From an uncultured bacterium (lineage in GTDB: Bacteria > UBP15 > UBA6099): 64,000 nt of DNA. Position numbers and translations under genes: made by a program. Numbering within the stretch: position 1 is the first letter of the stretch; each line of letters begins with the position of its first letter. Location: positions 2,355 through 66,354 of the forward strand of contig CAYPEK010000008.1 of assembly GCA_964409645.1 (NCBI GenBank), in the 5' to 3' direction. The notes beneath the pieces were generated by a model. The model did no database searches. It saw only the letters and a list, made by a program, of their open reading frames with translations, and was not told the DNA's origin. Positions 35,559 through 44,613 of this stretch are shown here, piece after piece.

Positions 35559-36917
35559 TCAGGGCCTCATTTTCGCTTTCAACTTCTCGATCAGTTTTGA
35601 GGGAAGTGATCTGAACAGTTCCTTTATAAGCCCGTATTGAAAAGCCTTGAAAATAATCGTTAAAAAGTTCTTCTTAGTCAGTTTATAATTGTTGGTGCTG
35701 AGGACGGCCATGAAATGCGACTTCAGTATTTCGCTTGCCGGGAACGAATCCGTTTCCGCCACCGGCCGGCAGGCCATTATCTGATCGTCCATGGCGGAGA
35801 TAAAACTTCTTTCGTCTCTGAGACGCCCGTTTTTTTCGAACCACTCGCGGACTTGAGTGCCTTTGTGCGGCACGAGTATGTTCCAGAACATGAAATCGGC
35901 GCCGTTTTCCTTCGCAAATCTCACGGATTCCTTTGTTCTTTCGTAAGAGTCGCCGGGCAGTCCGATCACGAAGCACATTCCGAGCCTCATGCCGCTGTTT
36001 TTTATCAATCGCGCCGACTCGCGGATACGGTCGAGTGTTTCGCCTTTTTTAATGCTTTTAAAAATCTCCGGATTCGCGTGCTCCACGCCGAGGCAAATAC
36101 TCTCGCAGCCGGCTTTTTCGAGCAGGGCGACGATTTCGGCATCTACGTTGTCCGCGCGGATGTTGTCGATGCGCAAAATCCAGTCGCCGCGCATCGAGTT
36201 GTACGCGTCGAGGAATTCCTTGAATCGGTCCATGTCGTGCGCCGTGTTGTCGTCCTGAATCTGGATTATCCTCACGCCGGGATATTTTTGCTTGACGGTT
36301 TCCAGCTCGCCGATGACTTGTCCTATCGGCCGGGGCCGCCATTTTTTGGAGCTTATGCCGGACACTTCGCAGAAGATACAGTTGAAGGGGCACCCTCGGC
36401 TCGTCTGAAGCGGGTACTCGATAATTTTCTCGCGCGACATGCACAGATCGAACGCCGGGAGCGGGATTCTCGACATGTCCGGCAGGGGCGGTTCGACCAC
36501 GACCGGAGAGTCGGGGATAATCCCGCGCTCGCAGATATCGACAATTCCCTCTTCCGACTCGCCCCGGAAAACATAGTGAATCCGGCCGTCTTTTGTCAGT
36601 TCGTCGCTGTAGAGAGAGCTGTGCGGGCCGCCCGCGAGTTTTATCAGTCCGGGGTGCTCGTCGAGTTCGTCGAGCATCCGGTCCGCGAGGCTCCAGTATG
36701 CCGTATTGATCGTTATGCCCGCGATGTCGGGTTTGAACGAGTCGATCACCTCGCCGACCGGAGGAAGCTTTCTGTCGATAATATAGTCGAGGATGCGGAC
36801 GTCGAATCCGGCGGCTGTGAGTTTGCCGGCTATCAGGCCGATGCCGAGATGCGGACGCCCGATCACCATCATGGATTTGAGCGCCGGAGAAATCAGAAGT
36901 ACTTTTTTGTTCGCCAT
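35559..36917 (-). CDS. B12-binding radical SAM protein
   Basis: N-terminal cobalamin-binding domain (PHLGIGLIAG, GGPHSS); SRGCPFNCIFC CxxxCxxC motif; LGVEH and FVIGLPGD. Start reassigned to ATG 36917. Confidence 0.9.
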   Translation of the reverse strand: MANKKVLLISPALKSMMVIGRPHLGIGLIAGKLTAAGFDVRILDYIIDRKLPPVGEVIDSFKPDIAGITINTAYWSLADRMLDELDEHPGLIKLAGGPHSSLYSDELTKDGRIHYVFRGESEEGIVDICERGIIPDSPVVVEPPLPDMSRIPLPAFDLCMSREKIIEYPLQTSRGCPFNCIFCEVSGISSKKWRPRPIGQVIGELETVKQKYPGVRIIQIQDDNTAHDMDRFKEFLDAYNSMRGDWILRIDNIRADNVDAEIVALLEKAGCESICLGVEHANPEIFKSIKKGETLDRIRESARLIKNSGMRLGMCFVIGLPGDSYERTKESVRFAKENGADFMFWNILVPHKGTQVREWFEKNGRLRDERSFISAMDDQIMACRPVAETDSFPASEILKSHFMAVLSTNNYKLTKKNFLTIIFKAFQYGLIKELFRSLPSKLIEKLKAKMRP

Positions 36918-37066
36918 CCTATAAATTCTGCCTGTAACCGGACTAAGTCTATTGGTCCATACGACATTGTAGCCAAAAAAACAGAGGAACGCCATGCAGG
37001 GATTAGAAACAAAAACGACAAAAAGGGCGGACACAGTCGGGATTATTTAAATAATTGATGGATTGC

Positions 37067-37094
37067 TAAAGGAATAATTATAAAAAGCCGATAA
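37067..37094 (+). promoter_or_regulatory. Sigma28 (FliA/SigD) promoter of the flagellin gene
   Basis: TAAA (37067-37070), 16 nt spacer, GCCGATAA (37087-37094, perfect -10 box), about 120 nt upstream of the flagellin start. Confidence 0.8.
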
Positions 37095-37216
37095 AAGTAG
37101 AGGCTTAGTACATAATCGCATTATTGAAGGCTTTTATATGCGTTGAAGCTTTCAAGGTTGTGGGTTGTTTATTTAATATTGGTCAACTTTGAGTCACTGA
37201 AAAGGCGGTGATCTGA

Positions 37217-38512
37217 TTGAGTTTAGTAACAAATGTCAACTCGATGGGCGCGATAAATTTCGCGAGAGTAAACAACAATTTCATGAGCACGGGTTCGGAG
37301 AGGCTGTCCTCGGGACTTCGGATAAACAGCGCGGTGGACGACCCGTCCGGTCTGGCGATAACCGTGTCGATGAAGTCGCGGAGCGGCGGCGATAAGGTGG
37401 CGAACGAGAACGCTCAGGAGGCCATAAACTACCTTCAGGTGCGTGATTCGGCGATGTCCGAGATCGGCGACATGCTTCAGCGGATACGCGACCTCGCTGT
37501 GCGGGCGGCGAACGACGCCACGCTCACATCCGACGATATGCAAAGAATACAAGACGAAGCGGTACAAATAGGCAAAAACATAGACGTAATAAATTCCGAA
37601 ACGAAGTTCAACGGCAAAAGAGTTTTCAATCACAGTCTCGAAATGGTACAGGGATGGGCCGGGCCGTACGGTCTGCCGGGGCACCCCGGACAGGTCAGTT
37701 TCACGCTGGACCTTGCCTCGCTCGCGGCGGCTAACGGCGGAGTAGCTGTAGTCACCAGTGCGTGGTATAACGGAGATAACGATTTTCCGGACCTGAACAT
37801 TATATCACCGTCGGGAGAGGCCTTCGGATACTACCACGACACATACACGGGTATGTACGAGGCATATCTGGGCGGCGGCGGAGCGCAGACAATAGATTCC
37901 TCGGTAATTGATAGCGCGGACCAGATAAACTACAACGGATGGGGTCCGGCGGCCTCGCCGGGCGGCTGGTTTGAAGAGTTTTTCGAGGTGACTAATCCGG
38001 AAGCGGGCCTGTGGACGATTCTTATAGACAATGAATCTCCGTCGGACAGATATTTTGGGATGTATTATAACGGCGAGACGGTCGAAGATCCGACCGTGTA
38101 CGATTCCGCACAGATCGGGCCCGATAATTTAGACTGCTGCGTGGTTCACCTCGACATGTTTCAGGTATCGAGCGTGACGCTTGGAGTATCGACGAGCATG
38201 TCCACCGCAACCGCGGCGGCGGCGGCGATAGACTCGGCGGATGCCGCGATAGACAAACTGAACAATTACCGCGCGAAGACCGGCACTCTGATCAACCAGA
38301 TCGAATACATCATAAACGACAACACAGCGCAGATCATCAATATAGAGGCGAGCAGATCGCGGATCGAAGATTCCGAGATGGCGAGCGAAATAACGAAATA
38401 CACTAAGACCCAGATAATCCAGCAGACGAACACGCAGGCGCTGAACAAATCCGACAGGATGTCGGAGAGCGTCCTGAATCTGATAGAGATGTCCACAGGC
38501 GGCGCGGCGTAA
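37217..38512 (+). CDS. fliC: Flagellin with an inserted non-flagellin central domain
   Basis: ERLSSGLRINSAVDDPSGLAI, LQRIRDLAVRAAN and TKFNGK at the N-terminus; QIGPDN and SRSRIEDSEMASE at the C-terminus; TTG start. Confidence 0.9.
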   Translation: MSLVTNVNSMGAINFARVNNNFMSTGSERLSSGLRINSAVDDPSGLAITVSMKSRSGGDKVANENAQEAINYLQVRDSAMSEIGDMLQRIRDLAVRAANDATLTSDDMQRIQDEAVQIGKNIDVINSETKFNGKRVFNHSLEMVQGWAGPYGLPGHPGQVSFTLDLASLAAANGGVAVVTSAWYNGDNDFPDLNIISPSGEAFGYYHDTYTGMYEAYLGGGGAQTIDSSVIDSADQINYNGWGPAASPGGWFEEFFEVTNPEAGLWTILIDNESPSDRYFGMYYNGETVEDPTVYDSAQIGPDNLDCCVVHLDMFQVSSVTLGVSTSMSTATAAAAAIDSADAAIDKLNNYRAKTGTLINQIEYIINDNTAQIINIEASRSRIEDSEMASEITKYTKTQIIQQTNTQALNKSDRMSESVLNLIEMSTGGAA

Positions 38513-38582
38513 ACAGCCGTAACAAAAAAAACTGCCGCTTACAGTCAAATTTTCAATAACTGAAGTTGAAGATTGCTCGTTC

Positions 38583-40835
38583 TTATTTCCCGCCGGATGA
38601 GCTCAGTGCGACGTATTTTTTATAGGCGCTGAGCGCTTCGTCTTTCTTGCCGAGTTTTTCGTAGCACTCGGCGAGCGCTTTGTATCCCTGAGCATATTTC
38701 GGGTTGAGCGCGACGGCTTTTTTGAAGTCGTTGACGGCGTTCTTGCAGTCGCCTTTTCCGGCGGTGAGGCGGCCGCGAGCCATGTAGGCGGCCTCGTTCT
38801 TTGGGTTGAGCTGGATGGCCTTCGCGATGTCTTTGGCGGCTTGCGCGGCGTCTCCTTTTTTGCGATGCACTTCGGAGAGGGCGACGTAGGCGTCGATGTA
38901 GTCCGGCTTCAGTTCGATTGCTTTGCTGAGGCTTTTTGCCGCGCTGCCGAAGTCCTCGCGTTTCGAGTACGCGACGCCGCGGAAGTAGTAAGCGTCGGCG
39001 TTGTTCGGGTCGCCTTGGACTGCGGTGTCGAGGTCGATGATTGCTTTGTCGAAGTCGCCTTTTTCGAAATGTGCGCGTCCGCGGTAGGTGTAATTGTCGT
39101 AGTTTTCGGGTTTAAGCTCGATTGCCTTGTCGAGGTTTTCAATCGCCTTGTCGAAGTCGCCTTTTTCGAGTTGGATACGCCCGATGTAGTGGAACGGGGT
39201 ATCGGTGTCGGGGTTGTCTTCCGCGGATTTCTGGAAAGATGACATGGCGCCGTCGTAGTCTTTGTTTTTGAATTTGCAGATGCCGATGCTGTCGTAGAAA
39301 GGTTTTGTCGTCGGGTCGAGGCTTTGGACAACGGTGTAGTCCGCTTCGGCGGCGGCGCAGTCGCCTTTTCCGGCGAGGATGGTTGCGCGTGTGATGTAAG
39401 CGATATGGTCGGTGGTGCCGGCGCTGATGGCTTTGTTGAGGTCTTCGAGTGCTTTATCGGTGTCGCCGGTTGCCATGAGCACTGCCGCGCGGGCGGCGGT
39501 GGCTTCGGGGTAGTCCGGTCTGAGTTCAATCGCCTTGTCGTAGTCGGCGAGTGCTTTGTCGTACATGTACCTGAGGAAGTAGTTATTGCCTCGGTCATAG
39601 TAGAGGTAACTGTCGTTGGGGCTGAGCTCGATCGCTTTGTCGAAGTCGGCGGCGGCGGTTTCGAAATCGCCTTTGACTTTGTATGCGAGCCCGCGATAGT
39701 TGTATGTCATGCTCGAGGTCTGATCCATCTCGATGGCTTTATTCAGGTCTTCGATGGCTTTGTCGGTTTCGTTCGAATAGAGGTATGCGTTGCCGCGCAG
39801 AGAATATGCGAGCGCGATGTTGATGCCCAAGTCTATCGCCTGAGTGAGGTCGGCGATGGTGTTGGGGTAGTCGTTTTTCATGCTGTAGATGCTGCCGCGG
39901 CCGAGGTAATCCATGGCTGTGCCGGAGCCGAGGTCGATCACTTTCGTATAGTCGGCGATGGCGCCGTCGTAGTCCATCTTCAGCAGCCGGATTCCGGCGC
40001 GGTCTTCGAGTGCGGGGGTGTACGTTGAGTCGGTTTCTATTGCCTTGTCGAGGTCGGCGAGTTCGTTTGCGTAGTCGCCTTTGTATTTATAGATGCCCGC
40101 CCGGTAGTAGTAATACCTTGCGGTGTACGGGCTGAGGCTGATGGCGGAGGAGTAGTCGGCGAGCGCGTTGTCGTAGTCGCCTTTTGTCGAATAAGAGATT
40201 GCTCGAAGGATATAAACCGTGGCGTCGCTTTTCAGGCTGAGCGCGTAGGTGAAATCGGATATCGCGCTGTCGTCGTCGCCTTTGTAGGCGTAGCAGTTAC
40301 CGCGGTTGATGTATGCGTCGGGGTAGTAGGGCTTCAGGCTGATGGCCTGAGTAAAGTCCGAGATGGCGGCGTCGTAACTCTTCATGTTCATTTCGGAGTT
40401 GCCGCGATTGTAGTAGGTGTCCGCGTTTCCCGGTTCGTATGTGATCGCTCTGGAAAAATAATCTATGGACTGAACGTAGTCGCCTTTTTTGTTGTATGAG
40501 TAACCGAGCCCGAACAGGGCGGACGAGTTGGCGGAGTTGTACGAGAGCGCGGTGTTGAAATCGGAGATGGCGGAATCGTAGTAGTCCATGCGGTTGTAAG
40601 CGAGGCCGCGGTTGGAGTACATGAAAGAGATGTTTTCGTAGGTTTCGCCGGATGAGTAGCTTGTGATCGCCTGAGTGTAGAGGTCGGCGGAGTCCGAGAA
40701 TCGGCCTTCGGTGTAGGCGGTCATGCCGAGGTCGAAGCAGTTTTGTGAGCTGTAGCAGTACTCCGCGAGCGCTGCCCGGCCGGCCGCGAGCGAAATCGCG
40801 ATAGCGAATATTGAGAGTATTTTTCGAAGTTTCAT
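38583..40835 (-). CDS. Exported all-TPR protein (750 aa, about 20 repeats)
   Basis: Signal peptide followed by continuous 34-aa Y..RG..Y...GDYD.AI.D...AI.L.P repeats. Confidence 0.92.
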   Translation of the reverse strand: MKLRKILSIFAIAISLAAGRAALAEYCYSSQNCFDLGMTAYTEGRFSDSADLYTQAITSYSSGETYENISFMYSNRGLAYNRMDYYDSAISDFNTALSYNSANSSALFGLGYSYNKKGDYVQSIDYFSRAITYEPGNADTYYNRGNSEMNMKSYDAAISDFTQAISLKPYYPDAYINRGNCYAYKGDDDSAISDFTYALSLKSDATVYILRAISYSTKGDYDNALADYSSAISLSPYTARYYYYRAGIYKYKGDYANELADLDKAIETDSTYTPALEDRAGIRLLKMDYDGAIADYTKVIDLGSGTAMDYLGRGSIYSMKNDYPNTIADLTQAIDLGINIALAYSLRGNAYLYSNETDKAIEDLNKAIEMDQTSSMTYNYRGLAYKVKGDFETAAADFDKAIELSPNDSYLYYDRGNNYFLRYMYDKALADYDKAIELRPDYPEATAARAAVLMATGDTDKALEDLNKAISAGTTDHIAYITRATILAGKGDCAAAEADYTVVQSLDPTTKPFYDSIGICKFKNKDYDGAMSSFQKSAEDNPDTDTPFHYIGRIQLEKGDFDKAIENLDKAIELKPENYDNYTYRGRAHFEKGDFDKAIIDLDTAVQGDPNNADAYYFRGVAYSKREDFGSAAKSLSKAIELKPDYIDAYVALSEVHRKKGDAAQAAKDIAKAIQLNPKNEAAYMARGRLTAGKGDCKNAVNDFKKAVALNPKYAQGYKALAECYEKLGKKDEALSAYKKYVALSSSGGK

Positions 40836-41166
40836 TTTCGTTCTCCGTTGTGAGCGCGCAAGCGCTTTTCCCAGAAGTTGTCACTGCACAAGATGTTTCT
40901 CTTGGATGGATTATAAGGCGTTTGAAAGCGAAAGTGAATGAGCGTAACTTTTTAGGCCGAAAAACAAACAAGGCAGATGGCGGCGCGGCAGATAGAAAAG
41001 ATAAAACAAGGATATCAAAGCATTTGCCGGAGTGCGCGCGACTTGGCGCTGCTGAGGAAGCCGCCTTTTAGACAAGCAATAGCTAAAAAGCTCTGAGGCT
41101 TGACCCTCAAGATAAAAAGATTAATAAGGTAAATGAGAAAAGCAGGTGAAGAACTGGAGGGGGAAA

Positions 41167-41517
41167 ATGGGAAAAGCAGGGGAGATATTGAAGAATAGAA
41201 TCGAAAATCGGAAGCGGTTGGAAAGCGAAGCGCCCGATCTGTTCAACGGTTTCAACGAGATGATGAAATATTACTATAAGCACGGCGCTCTCGACAGGAA
41301 ATACAAGGAACTGATGGCGGTGACCGCGGCAGTCGCAACGAGATGCATCCCGTGTCTCGCGAATCATGCCAACAACGCCATGTCGGCGGGCGCTACAAGG
41401 CAGGAAATATTCGAAGCGGCGGCAATCGGCGTCGAATTCGGCGGTGGGCCTTCTTTTGTCGCCGTCAGAGATGAACTTCCGGGCTTCCTTGATGAGATCG
41501 AAGCACAGAAGAGTTGA
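41167..41517 (+). CDS. Carboxymuconolactone decarboxylase/AhpD family protein
   Basis: GALDRKYKELMAV...RCIPCLANH...AGATRQEI (CxxC-H); GGAGGGG RBS. Confidence 0.9.
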   Translation: MGKAGEILKNRIENRKRLESEAPDLFNGFNEMMKYYYKHGALDRKYKELMAVTAAVATRCIPCLANHANNAMSAGATRQEIFEAAAIGVEFGGGPSFVAVRDELPGFLDEIEAQKS

Positions 41518-41592
41518 TTTTGATGCTGCTTCAAAATTGAATGAGGCGGGACGCCTGTATGGCATTCGCCGTGATTCGTTTTTTCATTCGTA

Positions 41593-41635
41593 ACGTGACC
41601 GCTTGCTGACGCTCGTGGCTCGGATTCGCTTCGCT
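41593..41635 (-). repeat. REP-like family A copy at the edge of the AT-rich insert
   Basis: Reverse complement AGCGAAGCGAATCCGAGCCACGAGCGTCAGCAAGCGGTCACGT. Confidence 0.8.
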
Positions 41636-41735
41636 TATTAAAAACAGCGCCATTTGACACAGGAATTATGTTGTGTAAATTAAATTAAAACTATGAATTT
41701 AAGTACCCCGGCTTGGCCAAGAGTATCTATAGAAA

Positions 41736-42503
41736 TTATGCTGCGAGTTCATTTCTTATGTCTTCTCTATGACTCCATTGGATAGGTTTAATGTTGTAGC
41801 TTTTGAGCGCGGCAATAACATCTGTTGGGACGCTTTTTTCTGAGTCATTTAAAATCGCGTATGCCATAGAGTCATCCGGTCTGACTTCTTTTGTGTCAAA
41901 CCATGCCCACATGAATGTCTGTGCCATCTCACGACTTGGCCTGTTGATTGCCCTAATGATTCGTTCAGGTTGTTTATTTGGAGTTTTAGGAATTACAAAA
42001 TCAAATAGATGATCATAACCTGTCTTGCCTGTGAATTTCGCTTTTGGTGTGAATCTAATTTCGTGAGTGTTTAACCAAGCCTCAACGTCTTCATAAAATA
42101 ATCTTTTAATAACAGGTTCAGCAAGATAAAACATATCATTAACTGCCAATATGGCTTGGATAAGATTATGTTTTCTAAGGGCGAAGTTATCTGAGGAAGC
42201 TTGAACTTGGAGTGCATTTCTATCATTTTGGACGCCGAAGCCATTCAAAGTTACTTTAAGAAGCTGTTGTCTTTTGGGGCTGTCGAGTTTGCATCCGGAA
42301 TGTAAAAGGTCCGTAATTGTGTATCCATCATCTGTTAATATGAATCCTCCATTTTGTTTATGCGCATAAATTTGTATATAGTCATTATGCCTATCTAAAT
42401 AAGGCGTTGTTATTTCTATCCAATCTTGAACTTCTCTTAAAGAAGTCTTATCTCGGAGCCACTCTATATACTGATCAAGAAGATGTCGAATTTCGTCTAT
42501 CAT
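41736..42503 (-). CDS. DUF1828 + DUF1829 domain protein (C-terminal restriction-endonuclease-like region)
   Basis: [17 protein letters not shown]...LTDDGYT (DUF1828-like); [15 protein letters not shown] (DUF1829-like); ATGA overlap with the upstream gene; AT-rich coding sequence. Confidence 0.8.
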   Translation of the reverse strand: MIDEIRHLLDQYIEWLRDKTSLREVQDWIEITTPYLDRHNDYIQIYAHKQNGGFILTDDGYTITDLLHSGCKLDSPKRQQLLKVTLNGFGVQNDRNALQVQASSDNFALRKHNLIQAILAVNDMFYLAEPVIKRLFYEDVEAWLNTHEIRFTPKAKFTGKTGYDHLFDFVIPKTPNKQPERIIRAINRPSREMAQTFMWAWFDTKEVRPDDSMAYAILNDSEKSVPTDVIAALKSYNIKPIQWSHREDIRNELAA

Positions 42504-42949
42504 GAAAAAAGGCCTCTTTGGATTCTTGGCTGAATTGTTATATTGCAAAAATCCATGAATTGATAAAGTGTTTTTTGTATATCATCCATGTCCGTAAACT
42601 TATCAACGGGAATGGGGTTTGCCCATTTATCTCCAAATCCTTCTCGGTAAATATGGATGTGTGGCACGCTTATTTCTCTGCCATCCGGATTTCTGTGTGG
42701 AGGTCCGCCAAGGTCTAATCTAACAAGCGAAACCACTTGGCGTGCTCTGTTTTGATAAGATACTTTTTGTAAATCAATGCGGCTCCGACCGATATCCAAT
42801 ATAAAATACTCTCTCTTGTCTGTAGATATAAGAGGAACAGATAGAGATTCACCGGGAACAGGAAAAGAATAATTATTATTATCAATACGGTGCTTCTCCA
42901 TAGCAATGAGCATTTCGGCTTCTGCTTGATTAAGATTAACTTCGGTCAC
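42500..42949 (-). CDS. DUF6978-like protein with a His-rich motif
   Basis: [16 protein letters not shown]...[15 protein letters not shown] motif; GTG start; translationally coupled to the DUF1828/1829 gene. Confidence 0.7.
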   Translation of the reverse strand: MTEVNLNQAEAEMLIAMEKHRIDNNNYSFPVPGESLSVPLISTDKREYFILDIGRSRIDLQKVSYQNRARQVVSLVRLDLGGPPHRNPDGREISVPHIHIYREGFGDKWANPIPVDKFTDMDDIQKTLYQFMDFCNITIQPRIQRGLFS

Positions 42950-43144
42950 AATAGTTACACTCCGAGATTGCTATAAAGTTATAGGTGTTAGCAAAAACCA
43001 CATAATCAATCCAACTCTATATTACTTTATTATAACATCCCATAATCATCAATTGCTTATTCTGTCATAAATCATGTCCATCCTAAATTGACAATGCAGA
43101 TCATTAAATGCTACTCAAATGTTCATATAATGATGACCAAATAT

Positions 43145-43175
43145 AAAAGGGCGGGTTTTGAGGCCCGCCCTTTTT
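43145..43175. terminator. Bidirectional terminator (duplicate of 44561-44591)
   Basis: AAAAGGGCGGG-ttttgagg-CCCGCCCTTTT. Confidence 0.85.
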
Positions 43176-43196
43176 ATTGTTGCTTTTGCGCTAATC

Positions 43197-43274
43197 TTAT
43201 CTGCCGAAGATTCCGATGCTGCAAACGCTCATGGCGGGGAAGCCGCCGAGGTTGTGCGCCAGCGCGAGGTTGTC
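43197..43274 (-). pseudogene. Detached 3' end (about 25 codons) of a thiolase gene
   Basis: Encodes DNLALAHNLGGFPAMSVCSIGIFGR*, against DKLALTHNLGGFPAMSVCSIGIFGR* in the intact thiolase ending at 44614. Confidence 0.85.
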
Positions 43275-43439
43275 TTGGGCACACGGCTTTTCCGTTTTGC
43301 AGTTCAAACACGCGCTTGATATAATTGATAAATGGCAAGGCCATTCGGGGTGGGGAATGAAATCAATGGACAAATCGCAAAGCACTATACCCGACTCGGA
43401 ACTTCCCGACATGTTAAGATCATCCTGCGAGGACAAAAT

Positions 43440-44540
43440 ATGATAGCTGCGCAGCTTGTGCCTAAGCGGACATTCGGTAATACCGGCGTGAAGATATCTA
43501 AGCTCTGTCTTGGCGGCGGGTCTTTCGGGAACTCCGACGGTCAGGCTTTGCTCGATGAAGCTCTGAAGTATGGCGTGGATTGCTGGGAGGTCGTATCGTT
43601 TACCGGAAAAGTATATGGCGAATATTTCAAAAAACATTCCGATATGCGTGAGAAGATATTTTTGACGGGGAAAGTGCATTTTACGGATCCGGCTGCGATG
43701 GAGAAGCAACTGGATGATATGCTCGTTGAAAACGAAACATCTGTTATCGACTTTCTCGCTGTGCATGTGCTGGACAATACCGAGGTGCTTACAAACGATA
43801 TTCGGAAATGGGTGGAGAAGCTGAAAAAGGAAAAGAAAATTCGTTTTTTCGGGTTCTGTACCCACAAAAATATGGACAGATGCCTTTCCAACGCCGCCGA
43901 TCTTGGTTGGATAGACGGTGTTCATACTGTTTATAGTTACAGGATGCAATGTGTCAAAAGTATGGAAGACGCTTTTCATAAATGTTACGAAAAAGGTGTC
44001 GGGATATTCGCTGTTAAGTCGATGGGGCTGACCGTTCTGAGGAAAACGGAACGGCAACCTGATGAAGAGAAATTAGATGCGGCTTTATCCGGCCACAATA
44101 TAACATTTGAGCAGGCGAAGCTGATGTCGATCTGGCAAAATCCCGCTTTGACATCGATCTGCTCTCTCATGTCGAGCCCGGAGATCGTTCAATCCAATGC
44201 CTCGGCGGCGGTGAATGAGGCTGCGCTCGATGCGGAGGTTCAAAAACTGCTTTCGGATTATGCCGACAGCACTTCAAAGTATTTCTGCCGTCGCTGCGAT
44301 CAGTGCGAAGCGGCAAATGCTGATAAAGTTCCTATCTTTGATATTATGGAATTGCTTATGTATTCAAGAGGATATGCTCGAATGGAAATGATCGCAAAAA
44401 AGTTCATGCAGATACCTGTTGAGGTCAGAAACAGGATGAGTCACAGCGATTATTCGGTTGCTGAAAAGATGTGCCCGCAGAAAATGCCTATAGGGCAGCT
44501 AATGAAGGAAGCCTGTGATGAGTTCACCACCCATTCGTGA
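43440..44540 (+). CDS. Aldo/keto reductase with C-terminal Fe-S-type Cys motifs
   Basis: PKRTFGNTGVKISKLCLG, KIRFFGFCTH and IFAVKSM motifs; FCRRCDQC and KMCPQKMPI. More AT-rich than the flanking genes. Confidence 0.88.
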   Translation: MIAAQLVPKRTFGNTGVKISKLCLGGGSFGNSDGQALLDEALKYGVDCWEVVSFTGKVYGEYFKKHSDMREKIFLTGKVHFTDPAAMEKQLDDMLVENETSVIDFLAVHVLDNTEVLTNDIRKWVEKLKKEKKIRFFGFCTHKNMDRCLSNAADLGWIDGVHTVYSYRMQCVKSMEDAFHKCYEKGVGIFAVKSMGLTVLRKTERQPDEEKLDAALSGHNITFEQAKLMSIWQNPALTSICSLMSSPEIVQSNASAAVNEAALDAEVQKLLSDYADSTSKYFCRRCDQCEAANADKVPIFDIMELLMYSRGYARMEMIAKKFMQIPVEVRNRMSHSDYSVAEKMCPQKMPIGQLMKEACDEFTTHS

Positions 44541-44560
44541 GCGCGTTTTTTGGAGATGAA

Positions 44561-44591
44561 AAAAGGGCGGGTTTTGAGGCCCGCCCTTTTT
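44561..44591. terminator. Bidirectional terminator between the thiolase and aldo/keto reductase genes
   Basis: AAAAGGGCGGG-ttttgagg-CCCGCCCTTTT. Confidence 0.85.
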
Positions 44592-44613
44592 GATTGTTGC
44601 TTTTGCGCTAATC

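Noticed and set aside
37600-38150. Flagellinolysin-type metallopeptidase insert in the flagellin
   Set aside because: There is no HExxH motif in the insert.
43197-44057. 286-aa minus-strand ORF ending in a thiolase C-terminus
   Set aside because: Only the last 25 codons are thiolase-like; the rest is antisense to the aldo/keto reductase and its upstream region. Reported as a gene remnant instead.
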